DNA of 41,341 bases from Candidatus Kaiserbacteria bacterium (GTDB taxonomy: Bacteria > Patescibacteriota > Minisyncoccia > Phycocordibacterales > UBA12088): contig SKIN01000038.1 in assembly GCA_007116405.1 (NCBI GenBank), positions 1 through 41,341 of the forward strand. Reading direction: 5' to 3'. Within the stretch, counting starts at the first letter, position 1; each line of letters opens with the position of its first letter. A model generated the notes under the pieces. The model made no database searches. It was not told where the DNA came from and worked only from the letters and a program-made list of their open reading frames with translations. A program made the position numbers and the translations under genes. Shown piece after piece: positions 30,093 to 38,794 of this stretch.

Positions 30093-31544
30093 TTATTGTT
30101 TTCCGTCCTCTATCTCTATCTCGATATCTGAAAGTGGATCGTCTTCGACGCGTTCCCTGCGTGTGATGGTGATCATGACAAAGACCGCAAGGATGCTTAC
30201 AACTAGCGCAAGTACCGACCACCATAGGAAGGACGCGGAGTCATCTTCTCGTGCAACCACAGCGATGACCTCATCCTGCACCGGTTCCTCGGCTTGCTCC
30301 TGTTGCTCGATCGCGGGTGGCGGAGGAGGTGTGGCGGTGGCAACAGGTACGGCTCTCTGTATCTCGGGACTCGTTGCCGCTTCAGCGAGCACCATGGGTT
30401 CAACGGTACGGAAGGTGGAAAAAACGGCGCCGCTCGGATGGAGAAGTGTGACAAGTGAACGAGAGGCTCTGCTGAGACCGGTCACGGCTGAGTGAAAACG
30501 AATAGTGTGGTCCGCAAGGATGCGGGTGCTGTCCGGGATACGAAACCGTACATCGCCTGCAACCAGGGTGAACCCGGAAAGGTCAACCTCTACAGCACTC
30601 TTGTTCTGTACCTCGATGTACTCATCCGTCGCGCCGATGATGTCGAGTTCCGGGGCGGCAACGCGTACGACCATGCGCGCCTCCGCGGAAAGTTCACGGG
30701 TGAAGTTGGTGCGTTTTCCTACTACCAAGACCGCGTAAGAGCCCGGGTAGCGATAGGTGTGTGTTGGAGTGGCTCCACGCACCACTGTGCCGTCGCCAAA
30801 GTTCCAGACCGCTTCATGAAGGTCGGTCTCGGTGCCTCCCTCCCGGAATGCCTGGACACGAAACGTGGTGGGAACCCCGGCGGTGACTGTCTGCTCAAGC
30901 GGCAACAGAAGCGTGAGTGCGGGCTCCAAACGAACGCGCACTGTACCGCCGTCGACCGTTGATGACTCTATGGTGCGTACACTGCTCCCGATCGCGGGTG
31001 GTGATACAGAGGTGGATGGTGGACTCTGCCCTGCCGCAGGTTCAGGAGCGCGCGGTGTCCCTCCCCCCATTCCCGGAGTGGGTGGCGCAGTAATGAAGCT
31101 ACTCACCGGGGGGTTGCCGGAACGCTGTAAGGTGTCTTTGGTGACATTGTCACCGCCTATCGCCCAGTTGTCCGACCCGTCCACGCGGTCAATGAGGACA
31201 CCATTTGCATCGCGGAGTTCAAGTATCTCGCCTGTATTCCCGAGTGCGCCGGTGTAGATGAGGAATGCCGGAATGCCGGGCACAGTATCATCACTGGTGC
31301 GCTCAAGGAGCGCGAAACTGTTCTCACGGAGAGTGCCGGAGAGCTTGATGTGCGGCTGACCATCGACAGCCGAGAGCGTCCATCCGTCGAGAGTTTGTGT
31401 GGAACCGGTATTGTAGAGTTCTATCCATTCGGCATTTGCATTACTCGCGCTTCCCATCCACGCCACTTCACTGATGACTATCGACGCATGCGAAATAAAC
31501 GGTACACTCGCGGCAATGATGGCCGCGATGAATGCGTAGGGCAT
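30093..31544 (-). CDS. Membrane-anchored surface protein with lamin-tail domains and a PKD domain
   Basis: Signal peptide; IVISEVAW..EWIELYN..LDGWTL (LTD); WNFGDG..THTYRYPGSY (PKD); second EYIEVQN..VDLSGFTL; C-terminal TM. Confidence 0.85.
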   Translation of the reverse strand: MPYAFIAAIIAASVPFISHASIVISEVAWMGSASNANAEWIELYNTGSTQTLDGWTLSAVDGQPHIKLSGTLRENSFALLERTSDDTVPGIPAFLIYTGALGNTGEILELRDANGVLIDRVDGSDNWAIGGDNVTKDTLQRSGNPPVSSFITAPPTPGMGGGTPRAPEPAAGQSPPSTSVSPPAIGSSVRTIESSTVDGGTVRVRLEPALTLLLPLEQTVTAGVPTTFRVQAFREGGTETDLHEAVWNFGDGTVVRGATPTHTYRYPGSYAVLVVGKRTNFTRELSAEARMVVRVAAPELDIIGATDEYIEVQNKSAVEVDLSGFTLVAGDVRFRIPDSTRILADHTIRFHSAVTGLSRASRSLVTLLHPSGAVFSTFRTVEPMVLAEAATSPEIQRAVPVATATPPPPPAIEQQEQAEEPVQDEVIAVVAREDDSASFLWWSVLALVVSILAVFVMITITRRERVEDDPLSDIEIEIEDGKQ

Positions 31545-31548
31545 TGTG

Positions 31549-33600
31549 TTATGAGAGATTAGGTCTGTCGACTCGTAAGATCGCTTCGAGTTCTTTCTTT
31601 GGCACTTCAGGAGGTGCCGTCGTTGTTTCCTGCTTTGGGGCGACGCGCTCGGACGCTTTCAATGCGGGAGGTGCAGTGACCGCAACATCGAGCGGACGCT
31701 CTTTCTCCGGGGTGGGCGAAACGGGTGGTGTGGCGATTGCAGGCTCGGGAGTACCCGGTTCCGTTTGCTTTGGGACTGTCTTCTGTGCCTGTGTGGGCGC
31801 TTCTTTGGTGAGCTTGGCGAGCAGATTCCGCAATTCACCTTTATCCTCTTCTGTTGCTCCCTTGCCATCATCACGCCGCACAGGAGGAGTTGGTTTGGTC
31901 ATGGGACTTGGTTCCGGCCTCACCGGGGGTGCCTGCTTGCGCTCTTGTTGGGGGCGAGGAGGGTCGCCCGTCGAACGCCCGGTCGCTTCGTTGGTCAACT
32001 TGGCGAGTATGTCGCGGAGCCCCTCCGAACGCACGGGGGGCGTGTGGTTCATGGTGGTTACCGGTGCCTCGCGTGGTCGTTCGGGGGAAGCAAGAGAACG
32101 TGTGAGCGTCCGCGTGGCTGCCCCGGGATGCGGCCTGTTTGGTGCACCTGTTCCGCTACGAACTGTCCGCGGAGCTGCCGGTGGCCGACTGGAGACCGGG
32201 GGCGCGCCCCCAGCACGTTCCGCTCGACGTTCCGCTCGTGCCCGCTCTTTTGTCTCTGCGTCGGGGTCCTCGTACTTCTTGCCAACCCATGTGCTGATGT
32301 CTTCTTCGACCTCGGCTCGTGGACGGGAGTACTGCGCACGCGAGAACGCGATGACGCGGTCGCCGTGGTCGACCTCCGGTGCTTCGATGGGCGGCATCGT
32401 GACAGCGCTGAACGGCTGACTCGACACGCCATCGATCATGAGTTTCAGGTATATTTGGCGGGCGCCAAGGTTCACCAGATCATCGGCCGTAAAGACGGGA
32501 GCGAACTCCTTTTCCAGCACTTCGGCATCGTAGCTTCCCACTCGAAACGCCATCATGGTGCCGACGTTTCCGAATACAGCGGCTCGAACCTCGTCCTCCA
32601 TTTGCTCTATATACTGGTGCGCTATGGTGAGTGCGAGCTTGTATTTACGCGCCTCGGAAAGGATGTCCGCAAACGATCGGTTGGCAAAGTTCTGAAACTC
32701 GTCGACGTACAGGTAGAACGGCGGAAGGAGTCGGGCCTCCGATGCCGGCACATCGGCGCGGCTCATGGCGGCGAGGTAGATCTTGGTGATGAGCATGCTC
32801 CCCAACAGGTTTGCGTTGCCCTCACCGACCCTACCCTTTGAAAGGTTCACGATAAATATCTTGCGCTCGTCCATGAGTGTGCGTATATCAAACGCACTCT
32901 GCTCCTGGCCGATTATGTTGCGCACCAGTGCGTTTGAGGCGAACTGTCCTATCTTGTTTTGAATGGCAGGTGTCGCCTCTTGGGTGTAGCGGTCGGTGTA
33001 CTTACTGTACTCATCGACCCAAAAACTGCGCACTGACGGATCACTGATCTGTGCAATGACATTCTTGCGGTACTCCTTGTCGATGTACATGCGGTTGACA
33101 CCGAGGAGTGTCGCGCCGGGATACTCGAGGAGAGCGGCAAGTGTGTTCTGCAGGATGTAGGCCATACGCGCACTCCACGCATCGACCCATATCTTTTCGA
33201 ACGTACTCATGAGGCCGGCCACGACGAAGTGACGCTTATCCGCACCCACGTTCTCAAGGACGTTGAACGAGATCGGATACTGCATGTCAAACGGGGCGAA
33301 GTACAGGACGTCTTTGACACGCTCTTCCGGAACGTATTGGAGAAGTTTCTCCGCGGTGCCCCCGTGCGGATCGATGAAGCAGATGCCTTCCCCGTTCCTG
33401 ATGTCCTGAATGGCCATGTTCTCAAGAAGGGTGCTCTTGCCCATGCCCGTCTTTCCGATGACGTAGGAGTGCCGAGACCTGTCCTCTTTCTTTATGCCGA
33501 AGGGTGTTCGCTTATTGCGCGTGTCCGTTACCGCAAAATAGGTAACATGCTCGTCGTCGGGTACGTCTGTATGTGGTGAGGAGAACTCAGGGGGTGTCAT
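31549..33600 (-). CDS. VirD4/TrwB/HerA-like P-loop ATPase with Pro-rich C-terminal tail
   Basis: HSYVIGKTGMGKST, IDPHG, YVDEFQNF, SEARKY, AHQY, GNVGT. Confidence 0.88.
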   Translation of the reverse strand: MTPPEFSSPHTDVPDDEHVTYFAVTDTRNKRTPFGIKKEDRSRHSYVIGKTGMGKSTLLENMAIQDIRNGEGICFIDPHGGTAEKLLQYVPEERVKDVLYFAPFDMQYPISFNVLENVGADKRHFVVAGLMSTFEKIWVDAWSARMAYILQNTLAALLEYPGATLLGVNRMYIDKEYRKNVIAQISDPSVRSFWVDEYSKYTDRYTQEATPAIQNKIGQFASNALVRNIIGQEQSAFDIRTLMDERKIFIVNLSKGRVGEGNANLLGSMLITKIYLAAMSRADVPASEARLLPPFYLYVDEFQNFANRSFADILSEARKYKLALTIAHQYIEQMEDEVRAAVFGNVGTMMAFRVGSYDAEVLEKEFAPVFTADDLVNLGARQIYLKLMIDGVSSQPFSAVTMPPIEAPEVDHGDRVIAFSRAQYSRPRAEVEEDISTWVGKKYEDPDAETKERARAERRAERAGGAPPVSSRPPAAPRTVRSGTGAPNRPHPGAATRTLTRSLASPERPREAPVTTMNHTPPVRSEGLRDILAKLTNEATGRSTGDPPRPQQERKQAPPVRPEPSPMTKPTPPVRRDDGKGATEEDKGELRNLLAKLTKEAPTQAQKTVPKQTEPGTPEPAIATPPVSPTPEKERPLDVAVTAPPALKASERVAPKQETTTAPPEVPKKELEAILRVDRPNLS

Positions 33601-33699
33601 ACCGTAAGTATAAATGAGAAGGGTATCTCGACAAAGGCGCCTGGCGGTATTGTCTGCGCCGTTCTTTCAGGTCACTCGACTGTAGCGCGCCGTGACGCG

Positions 33700-35112
33700 T
33701 TAGGCATCCAGTAATGCCTCGCGTGTGTACCTGTTGCTGGGCGCCCACAGCATCCATGAGTGAAGACCCACGTCGTAGGTTGCCTGGATCTGGGCGCGTA
33801 CTTCCGCCGGACCGTAGGTGCCTCCGTAGTTAAAGTCCTGCAGCCAAGGACGGATGATATTGGGGTCATAGACCTCTTTGGTGTAATACCCGGTGAAGAC
33901 CTCCTTAGTGGTGGTCGCCGTCCCTGTCGCTGTGGGCGGAACGATGACGGTCTCCATGATGGGGGTTCCGCCAAAGTGTGGCACGCGCGTCCTGTCGGCA
34001 ACCGCGCGCTGGACGCCGCTTGCAAGCACATACTTGATGAGTTCGTAGGGTACAGTGTTCGGGTTCGCCCAGCCGTTGAACCCGCGCGGATAGTGACTCG
34101 GATAGACCATAGGGGCGATGTAGTCAAAATAGGGCATGGCACGCTCGAGCACTTGCCCTATACCGAGGTCGTCGAAATTAGTGGTGACCATACCGAATAG
34201 ATCCGCTGAGATAATTGGGGGCTCGACTCCGGCGGGAAAGTTGTTCGGGTCGCGCATCTCCTGCGAGAGGTAGACAAAGAATTCTTCGAGCGCCTCCGCC
34301 TTTACTCTGTCACCTGACCATTCGTACTTGATGTTGCCCATAGGGCCATCGGAGGGATAGCGGATGTAGTCGTAGTTGAGCTCGTCGAAGCCGAGGGCGT
34401 GCGCTTCTTTACTGATAGTGAGTATGTAGTCCCAGAAGGGTTTCGCACCGACGTCGATAAAAGCAAGGCCCTTGTGATCCTTCCAAATGGCGCCGGGAGG
34501 GTCGGCAAACTTGACCGCCAATTCCGGATGTTTGTTGGCGTAGAACGGATCTTGGAACACAGTGATACGTCCGATGACAAAGATACCTTTCTCATGGAGC
34601 GTGGCGATAAAGCCTTTCATGTCGCGGGCACCGCATTTGTCGGACACTGAGTCACGCAGGTCCGGGTGGTCAGTGGTAAATGCAAGCTTGCCTGTGTAGT
34701 CCTTGATGTCGATCATCACCGCATTGAGCTCCGTTTCCTCAATGAGGTGCACCAGTTCCGAGCGGAACCATGGGGTACCGACAACGCACTGGGTCATGTA
34801 AATGGCCCGCACCGAGTCCGGTATGGGGACGTAGTTTGGAATGGTTGTGGCGATAGGGCGCTCCGGGGTTGTGGTCGCTACGACAGACTCGGTCTCTATC
34901 TGCTCTACCGGCTCAACGGCCACCACGCCATCATCCTTCACCGCTCGAGGGTCACGCGGGTCGTAGACCACCTCGTGGAAGGTGGGGAGTATGAAAAAGA
35001 GTCCGGCACCTGCTGCAGTAGCAACGGTCCCAAGGACAACTACCATTTTCCCCGATGGACCTCGGGGAGGACGCCGCTTATTGTTCTCTGTCTGCGCTCT
35101 GGACATGTTCAT
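33700..35112 (-). CDS. Membrane-anchored putative glycoside hydrolase (DUF4015-like); start uncertain (35112, 35106 or 35046)
   Basis: VRAIY, ELNAVMIDIKD, GRITVFQDP, GFDELNYDYIRYP, SADLFG, PMVYPSHY, RPWLQDF. Confidence 0.8.
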   Translation of the reverse strand: MNMSRAQTENNKRRPPRGPSGKMVVVLGTVATAAGAGLFFILPTFHEVVYDPRDPRAVKDDGVVAVEPVEQIETESVVATTTPERPIATTIPNYVPIPDSVRAIYMTQCVVGTPWFRSELVHLIEETELNAVMIDIKDYTGKLAFTTDHPDLRDSVSDKCGARDMKGFIATLHEKGIFVIGRITVFQDPFYANKHPELAVKFADPPGAIWKDHKGLAFIDVGAKPFWDYILTISKEAHALGFDELNYDYIRYPSDGPMGNIKYEWSGDRVKAEALEEFFVYLSQEMRDPNNFPAGVEPPIISADLFGMVTTNFDDLGIGQVLERAMPYFDYIAPMVYPSHYPRGFNGWANPNTVPYELIKYVLASGVQRAVADRTRVPHFGGTPIMETVIVPPTATGTATTTKEVFTGYYTKEVYDPNIIRPWLQDFNYGGTYGPAEVRAQIQATYDVGLHSWMLWAPSNRYTREALLDA

Positions 35113-35341
35113 GTTCACCGACGGGATGCGTCTCCGGCTCGGAAGGCCCATGCTCCCGGTGGGAGAGGTCTTCTTGCTTGCGCTCCCTCCTCCGTTCGTC
35201 GAGGCGGAAGAACAGCGCGAGCATTGTAATGACGGCACCGAGGGCAAACACGACGTATTCCTTCAATGACCTGGGGATGCCGAGGAGCGGCGTGATGAAC
35301 ACAAAAATACCAAGTATGAACAGCAAGGTCGTCTTACGCAT
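35078..35341 (-). CDS. Small two-TM membrane protein
   Basis: Two hydrophobic segments around PLLGIP, then a charged tail; TACAAT 7 nt before ATG. Confidence 0.65.
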   Translation of the reverse strand: MRKTTLLFILGIFVFITPLLGIPRSLKEYVVFALGAVITMLALFFRLDERRRERKQEDLSHREHGPSEPETHPVGEHEHVQSADREQ

Positions 35342-35395
35342 ACGCCATATTGTACACTGTATCGCTTTGAGTGCGAAATATGGGGTCCACTGGGG

Positions 35396-36079
35396 TTATG
35401 GTGAGACAACAACCACAAATTCTCCTCGTACACGTTCCGGGTGTTCATGGAAATGGAGCGCGACCTCAGTCACACTGCCTGATATCACTTCTTCGTAAAT
35501 TTTTGTGAGTTCGCGACAGACGGTAACAGTGCGGTCAGGCTTCAGAAGGTCGTTGAGGGTGTCGAGTGTCTTTAGGATGCGATGAGGTGATTCAAACAGC
35601 ACCGCCGTGTGCTCTGCTGCCGCGACCGTTTCGAAGAATGTCTTTCTTCCCTTCTTGTGCGGAGGGAAACCAAAGAACGTGAAGCTGTCTGCGCTGTGGC
35701 CTGCGACCTGAAGCGCCGCGAGCACGGCACTCGGACCGGGAATCGTCTCTATCTGTATGTTGTCACCGAGTGCCCGTCGCGCCACGGCGACCAGATGAGC
35801 GCCCGGGTCAGAGACTGCGGGAGTGCCGGCGTCTGAGACAAGTGAGAGCCACTTTCCGTCACTAAGCTCGGCAAGAATGGCGTCGTGTGCTGCATTGCTT
35901 GAATGAGCATGGTACGAACGTACAGGCGTATGAATATCGTAGCGCGCAAGGAGTTTTTTTGTGACCCTTGTGTCTTCACAGAGGATGAGGTCACACTCTT
36001 TGAGCACACGAAGTGCTCGAAGGGTGATGTCCTCGAGGTTACCTATCGGCGTTGCGACTATGGAAAGTTTTGCCTGCAT
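35396..36079 (-). CDS. rsmI: 16S rRNA C1402 2'-O-methyltransferase
   Basis: VATPIGNLEDIT, CEDTR, SDAGTPAVSDPG, FESPHR, RELTKIYEE; start MQAKL 6 nt after TGC-TATGCT. Confidence 0.96.
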   Translation of the reverse strand: MQAKLSIVATPIGNLEDITLRALRVLKECDLILCEDTRVTKKLLARYDIHTPVRSYHAHSSNAAHDAILAELSDGKWLSLVSDAGTPAVSDPGAHLVAVARRALGDNIQIETIPGPSAVLAALQVAGHSADSFTFFGFPPHKKGRKTFFETVAAAEHTAVLFESPHRILKTLDTLNDLLKPDRTVTVCRELTKIYEEVISGSVTEVALHFHEHPERVRGEFVVVVSP

Positions 36080-36133
36080 ACGGAGAGCATAGCAGGTTGG
36101 CTTCAAAAATACAGCCTTTGGTCCTTTGGCAAC

Positions 36134-37315
36134 CTAGAATGTCGGTGTCACAACGTAGATGAGTGTCGTCGTGTAGTCGCTGCCTGCTTCCTGAAGACCG
36201 GATATCTCGAGTTTGTAGCCAACTCTTGTGGCACCGATACCTGGCGTTATGCCATCCGCAGCACCATCATGATACATCACCTCGCGGGGTTCTTGGATGA
36301 AATTACCCGCATAGAGCGCACCATCAAACGAGTTACCATCGGTAAGCGTAGTGTCGCTGGTAGTGAGCCCCCAATGACCGTATGTACCCGGAGCAGCGGG
36401 GTCGGCCGACGGAACAACCCATCCCGTGGGTACTTCCGTTCCCAGACCGTCGATGAATGAGCTGATGGTAGCGCCCGTAGAGCTCAATAGATCTGCTGTT
36501 GCCTCTACAGTTACCACAAAGCCCTCCCCTGCGTTCGTCGTGACGGAGATGTCCTGCGCAAGCAGGTACTCGTTCCCCGACTCAACGGTCCCGAAAGCAA
36601 GTGAGGTGGCTGTGGTGGTTGCAAAGGTGGTAGTTGTGTCACCGTTCACAGTCTCACCTGCATCGACGCCGAATATCTCAAACGAGAGGAATGTCGCCAC
36701 TTCACCGGTCACCAGCACCGGTTCGACAATGACGATTCGCGTGCGACCGTCATCAGGCATCGTGCCACCGAGCACGAGCTCATAGCTTCCGGGATCGGGG
36801 TGATTAATGATGCGATTCGTGCCCGAAGTCGTATTTTGACCCACTCGTATGGTAACAACACTATCTTCATCAATGTTGGTACCTCCGACACATAGTTCAA
36901 TGGTAATGGTCTGCCCACTTTGACTGACGGCAGCGTCCACACTCCCGCATGATGCGCCAACCGTGAGAGCTGTGGCGTCATCATCGATCTCGACATCATC
37001 AGGCGTAATTGCTGAAACATCAAAGCCGCTCGGCAGAACAATGTCGATAGTGGAGCCGTCAGCGGGAATCCCTGACGGGGTCTTGAAACGAATTGTATGA
37101 TCAGCGCCAATGCCCGGACGGCTGGTTGAAAGCGTGTCGCTAAGCTCGACAAGTTGCTCCGCTCCTGCGCGGGCAAGAAGACCGGGCAAGCCCATTGCCC
37201 ACATACATATTGAAACTATCAGTACTGCTCCGGCATAGGAATACCAGGGCCGCAGTACGTGACCGCGTGATGGTGAATACATGACGTACATGTTTCGTGT
37301 GGTGCGTGACGCCAC
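36134..37315 (-). CDS. Secreted acidic Thr/Gly-rich beta-sandwich surface protein (start uncertain)
   Basis: N-terminal hydrophobic segment; LSDTLSTSRPG..DHTIRF; ISVTTNAGEGFVVTV; ends AGSDYTTTLIYVVTPTF. Confidence 0.75.
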   Translation of the reverse strand: MASRTTRNMYVMYSPSRGHVLRPWYSYAGAVLIVSICMWAMGLPGLLARAGAEQLVELSDTLSTSRPGIGADHTIRFKTPSGIPADGSTIDIVLPSGFDVSAITPDDVEIDDDATALTVGASCGSVDAAVSQSGQTITIELCVGGTNIDEDSVVTIRVGQNTTSGTNRIINHPDPGSYELVLGGTMPDDGRTRIVIVEPVLVTGEVATFLSFEIFGVDAGETVNGDTTTTFATTTATSLAFGTVESGNEYLLAQDISVTTNAGEGFVVTVEATADLLSSTGATISSFIDGLGTEVPTGWVVPSADPAAPGTYGHWGLTTSDTTLTDGNSFDGALYAGNFIQEPREVMYHDGAADGITPGIGATRVGYKLEISGLQEAGSDYTTTLIYVVTPTF

Positions 37316-37422
37316 ACGTCTCGCTTGCGCGAGTGCTCCCTCCTTGTCGGCGCCCGCTCCGCCTATTCACGTTTGCTCGATGCGGGGCGGGACCAGGGGG
37401 TACTTAGATAGTAGCACAATAG

Positions 37423-37475
37423 TGTGTATAACCTGTGCCAAAGTTGTGGAAAAGCGTGGATGAACTTGTGCACAA
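37423..37475 (-). repeat. Phased array of five DnaA-box-like 9-mers
   Basis: Plus strand TGTGTATAA (37423), TGTGCCAAA (37434), TGTGGAAAA (37445), CGTGGATGA (37455), TGTGCACAA (37467); spacing 11, 11, 10, 12. Confidence 0.6.
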
Positions 37476-37495
37476 CTCGCCCGCAGGGCATGTTA

Positions 37496-38794
37496 TCAGT
37501 TTTGTGTTAGCGCGTCCGCAACCTTGTGGATGTCGCCAGCTCCCATGGTGATACATATAGTATCGTTTACTTCGTCATCGGCAAGACGACCACACAACTC
37601 CTCAATCACTACCCCAAGTGAACTGCATGCCCGTGCCGGTTTCCCTAAGGTCGTGACACGTTCGGCAAGCGCTTCACTCGTCACACCTTCGATGGGCGCC
37701 TCTCGTGCAGCATATATGGGTGCGAGCACCACCTCATCAGCAAGTGCAAGCGCGTGCGCGAACTCATCCATCAGGTCTCGAGTCCTACTATAGAGGTGCG
37801 GGTGGAACGCGACGACAATGTGTTTTGTTGGAAACTCCTTTCGGACCGCCTCAAGGGTCATGCGTATCGCGGTTGGATGGTGGGCGTAGTCGTCGTATAC
37901 CGTTGTCCCCGCAGCTGTCGTACCTCGATACTCAAAACGACGCCACGTACCTCTAAACTCACTCAGCGCCTTGTCGATATCGGCCTCATGGAGGTCCGGG
38001 TCACACGCATACGCAAGCGCCTTCGCGGCACGCGCATTCATCTTGTTGTGTTCTCCTATGGCACGCAAAGGCGGGATGGTCACGTCCTGGTACGGAACGA
38101 CGCGCACTTTTAGGTCGTGGAGTACGGGAATGACGGTTGATGAACCGGTGTCCGTGACCAGTGTCCCGTGCCCCGGGACGGCGCGTGCTATCGAACGAAA
38201 TGCATCCGTGATGTCGTCGAGGTCCTTGTAATAGTCGGTATGATCAAGTTCGATGTTGGTGATAGCGAGGATGGTCGGATGGAGCTGTAGGAAATGGCGA
38301 CGGTATTCGCATCCCTCAATGATGAATAGGTCCGGACGTCCCGGCACAAAGTTGCTTCCCTGTTCGCGGAGGATGCTTCCCGCTATTACCGTGGGCTCTT
38401 TGCCGGCGTCGATGAGTATCTTCGCAAGCATCGCCGTCGTGGTGGTCTTGCCGTGCGTGCCGGCAATGACGATACTGATGCCGTCCTTCGTGGCTTCACC
38501 AAGTGCTTCAAAATATGACACCTCACGCACCCCTCGCGTACGGGCGAGAACACGCTCGGGGTTATCCTCCGGCACCGCGTCGCTGTAGACGAGCAAGGTC
38601 GTGGTGTCCGCCACGTTACTTGCGTCATGCCCCACGATGACCTCGACACCTTTTGCGGTGAGGAGCTCGGTCACCGGTGATGTGTCGCGGTCACTGCCCC
38701 TCACCCTGTGGCCCAGAGTCGCATAGAGCTGAGCGAGGGCACTCATGCCAATGCCGCCGATACCCACCATGTGTATGTTTTGTGGGGTACTCAT
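37496..38794 (-). CDS. murC: UDP-N-acetylmuramate--L-alanine ligase
   Basis: GIGGIGMSALA, GTHGKTTTT, ELDHTDYY, RRFE, DDYAHHPT, PHLYSRT, MGAGDI. Confidence 0.96.
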   Translation of the reverse strand: MSTPQNIHMVGIGGIGMSALAQLYATLGHRVRGSDRDTSPVTELLTAKGVEVIVGHDASNVADTTTLLVYSDAVPEDNPERVLARTRGVREVSYFEALGEATKDGISIVIAGTHGKTTTTAMLAKILIDAGKEPTVIAGSILREQGSNFVPGRPDLFIIEGCEYRRHFLQLHPTILAITNIELDHTDYYKDLDDITDAFRSIARAVPGHGTLVTDTGSSTVIPVLHDLKVRVVPYQDVTIPPLRAIGEHNKMNARAAKALAYACDPDLHEADIDKALSEFRGTWRRFEYRGTTAAGTTVYDDYAHHPTAIRMTLEAVRKEFPTKHIVVAFHPHLYSRTRDLMDEFAHALALADEVVLAPIYAAREAPIEGVTSEALAERVTTLGKPARACSSLGVVIEELCGRLADDEVNDTICITMGAGDIHKVADALTQN

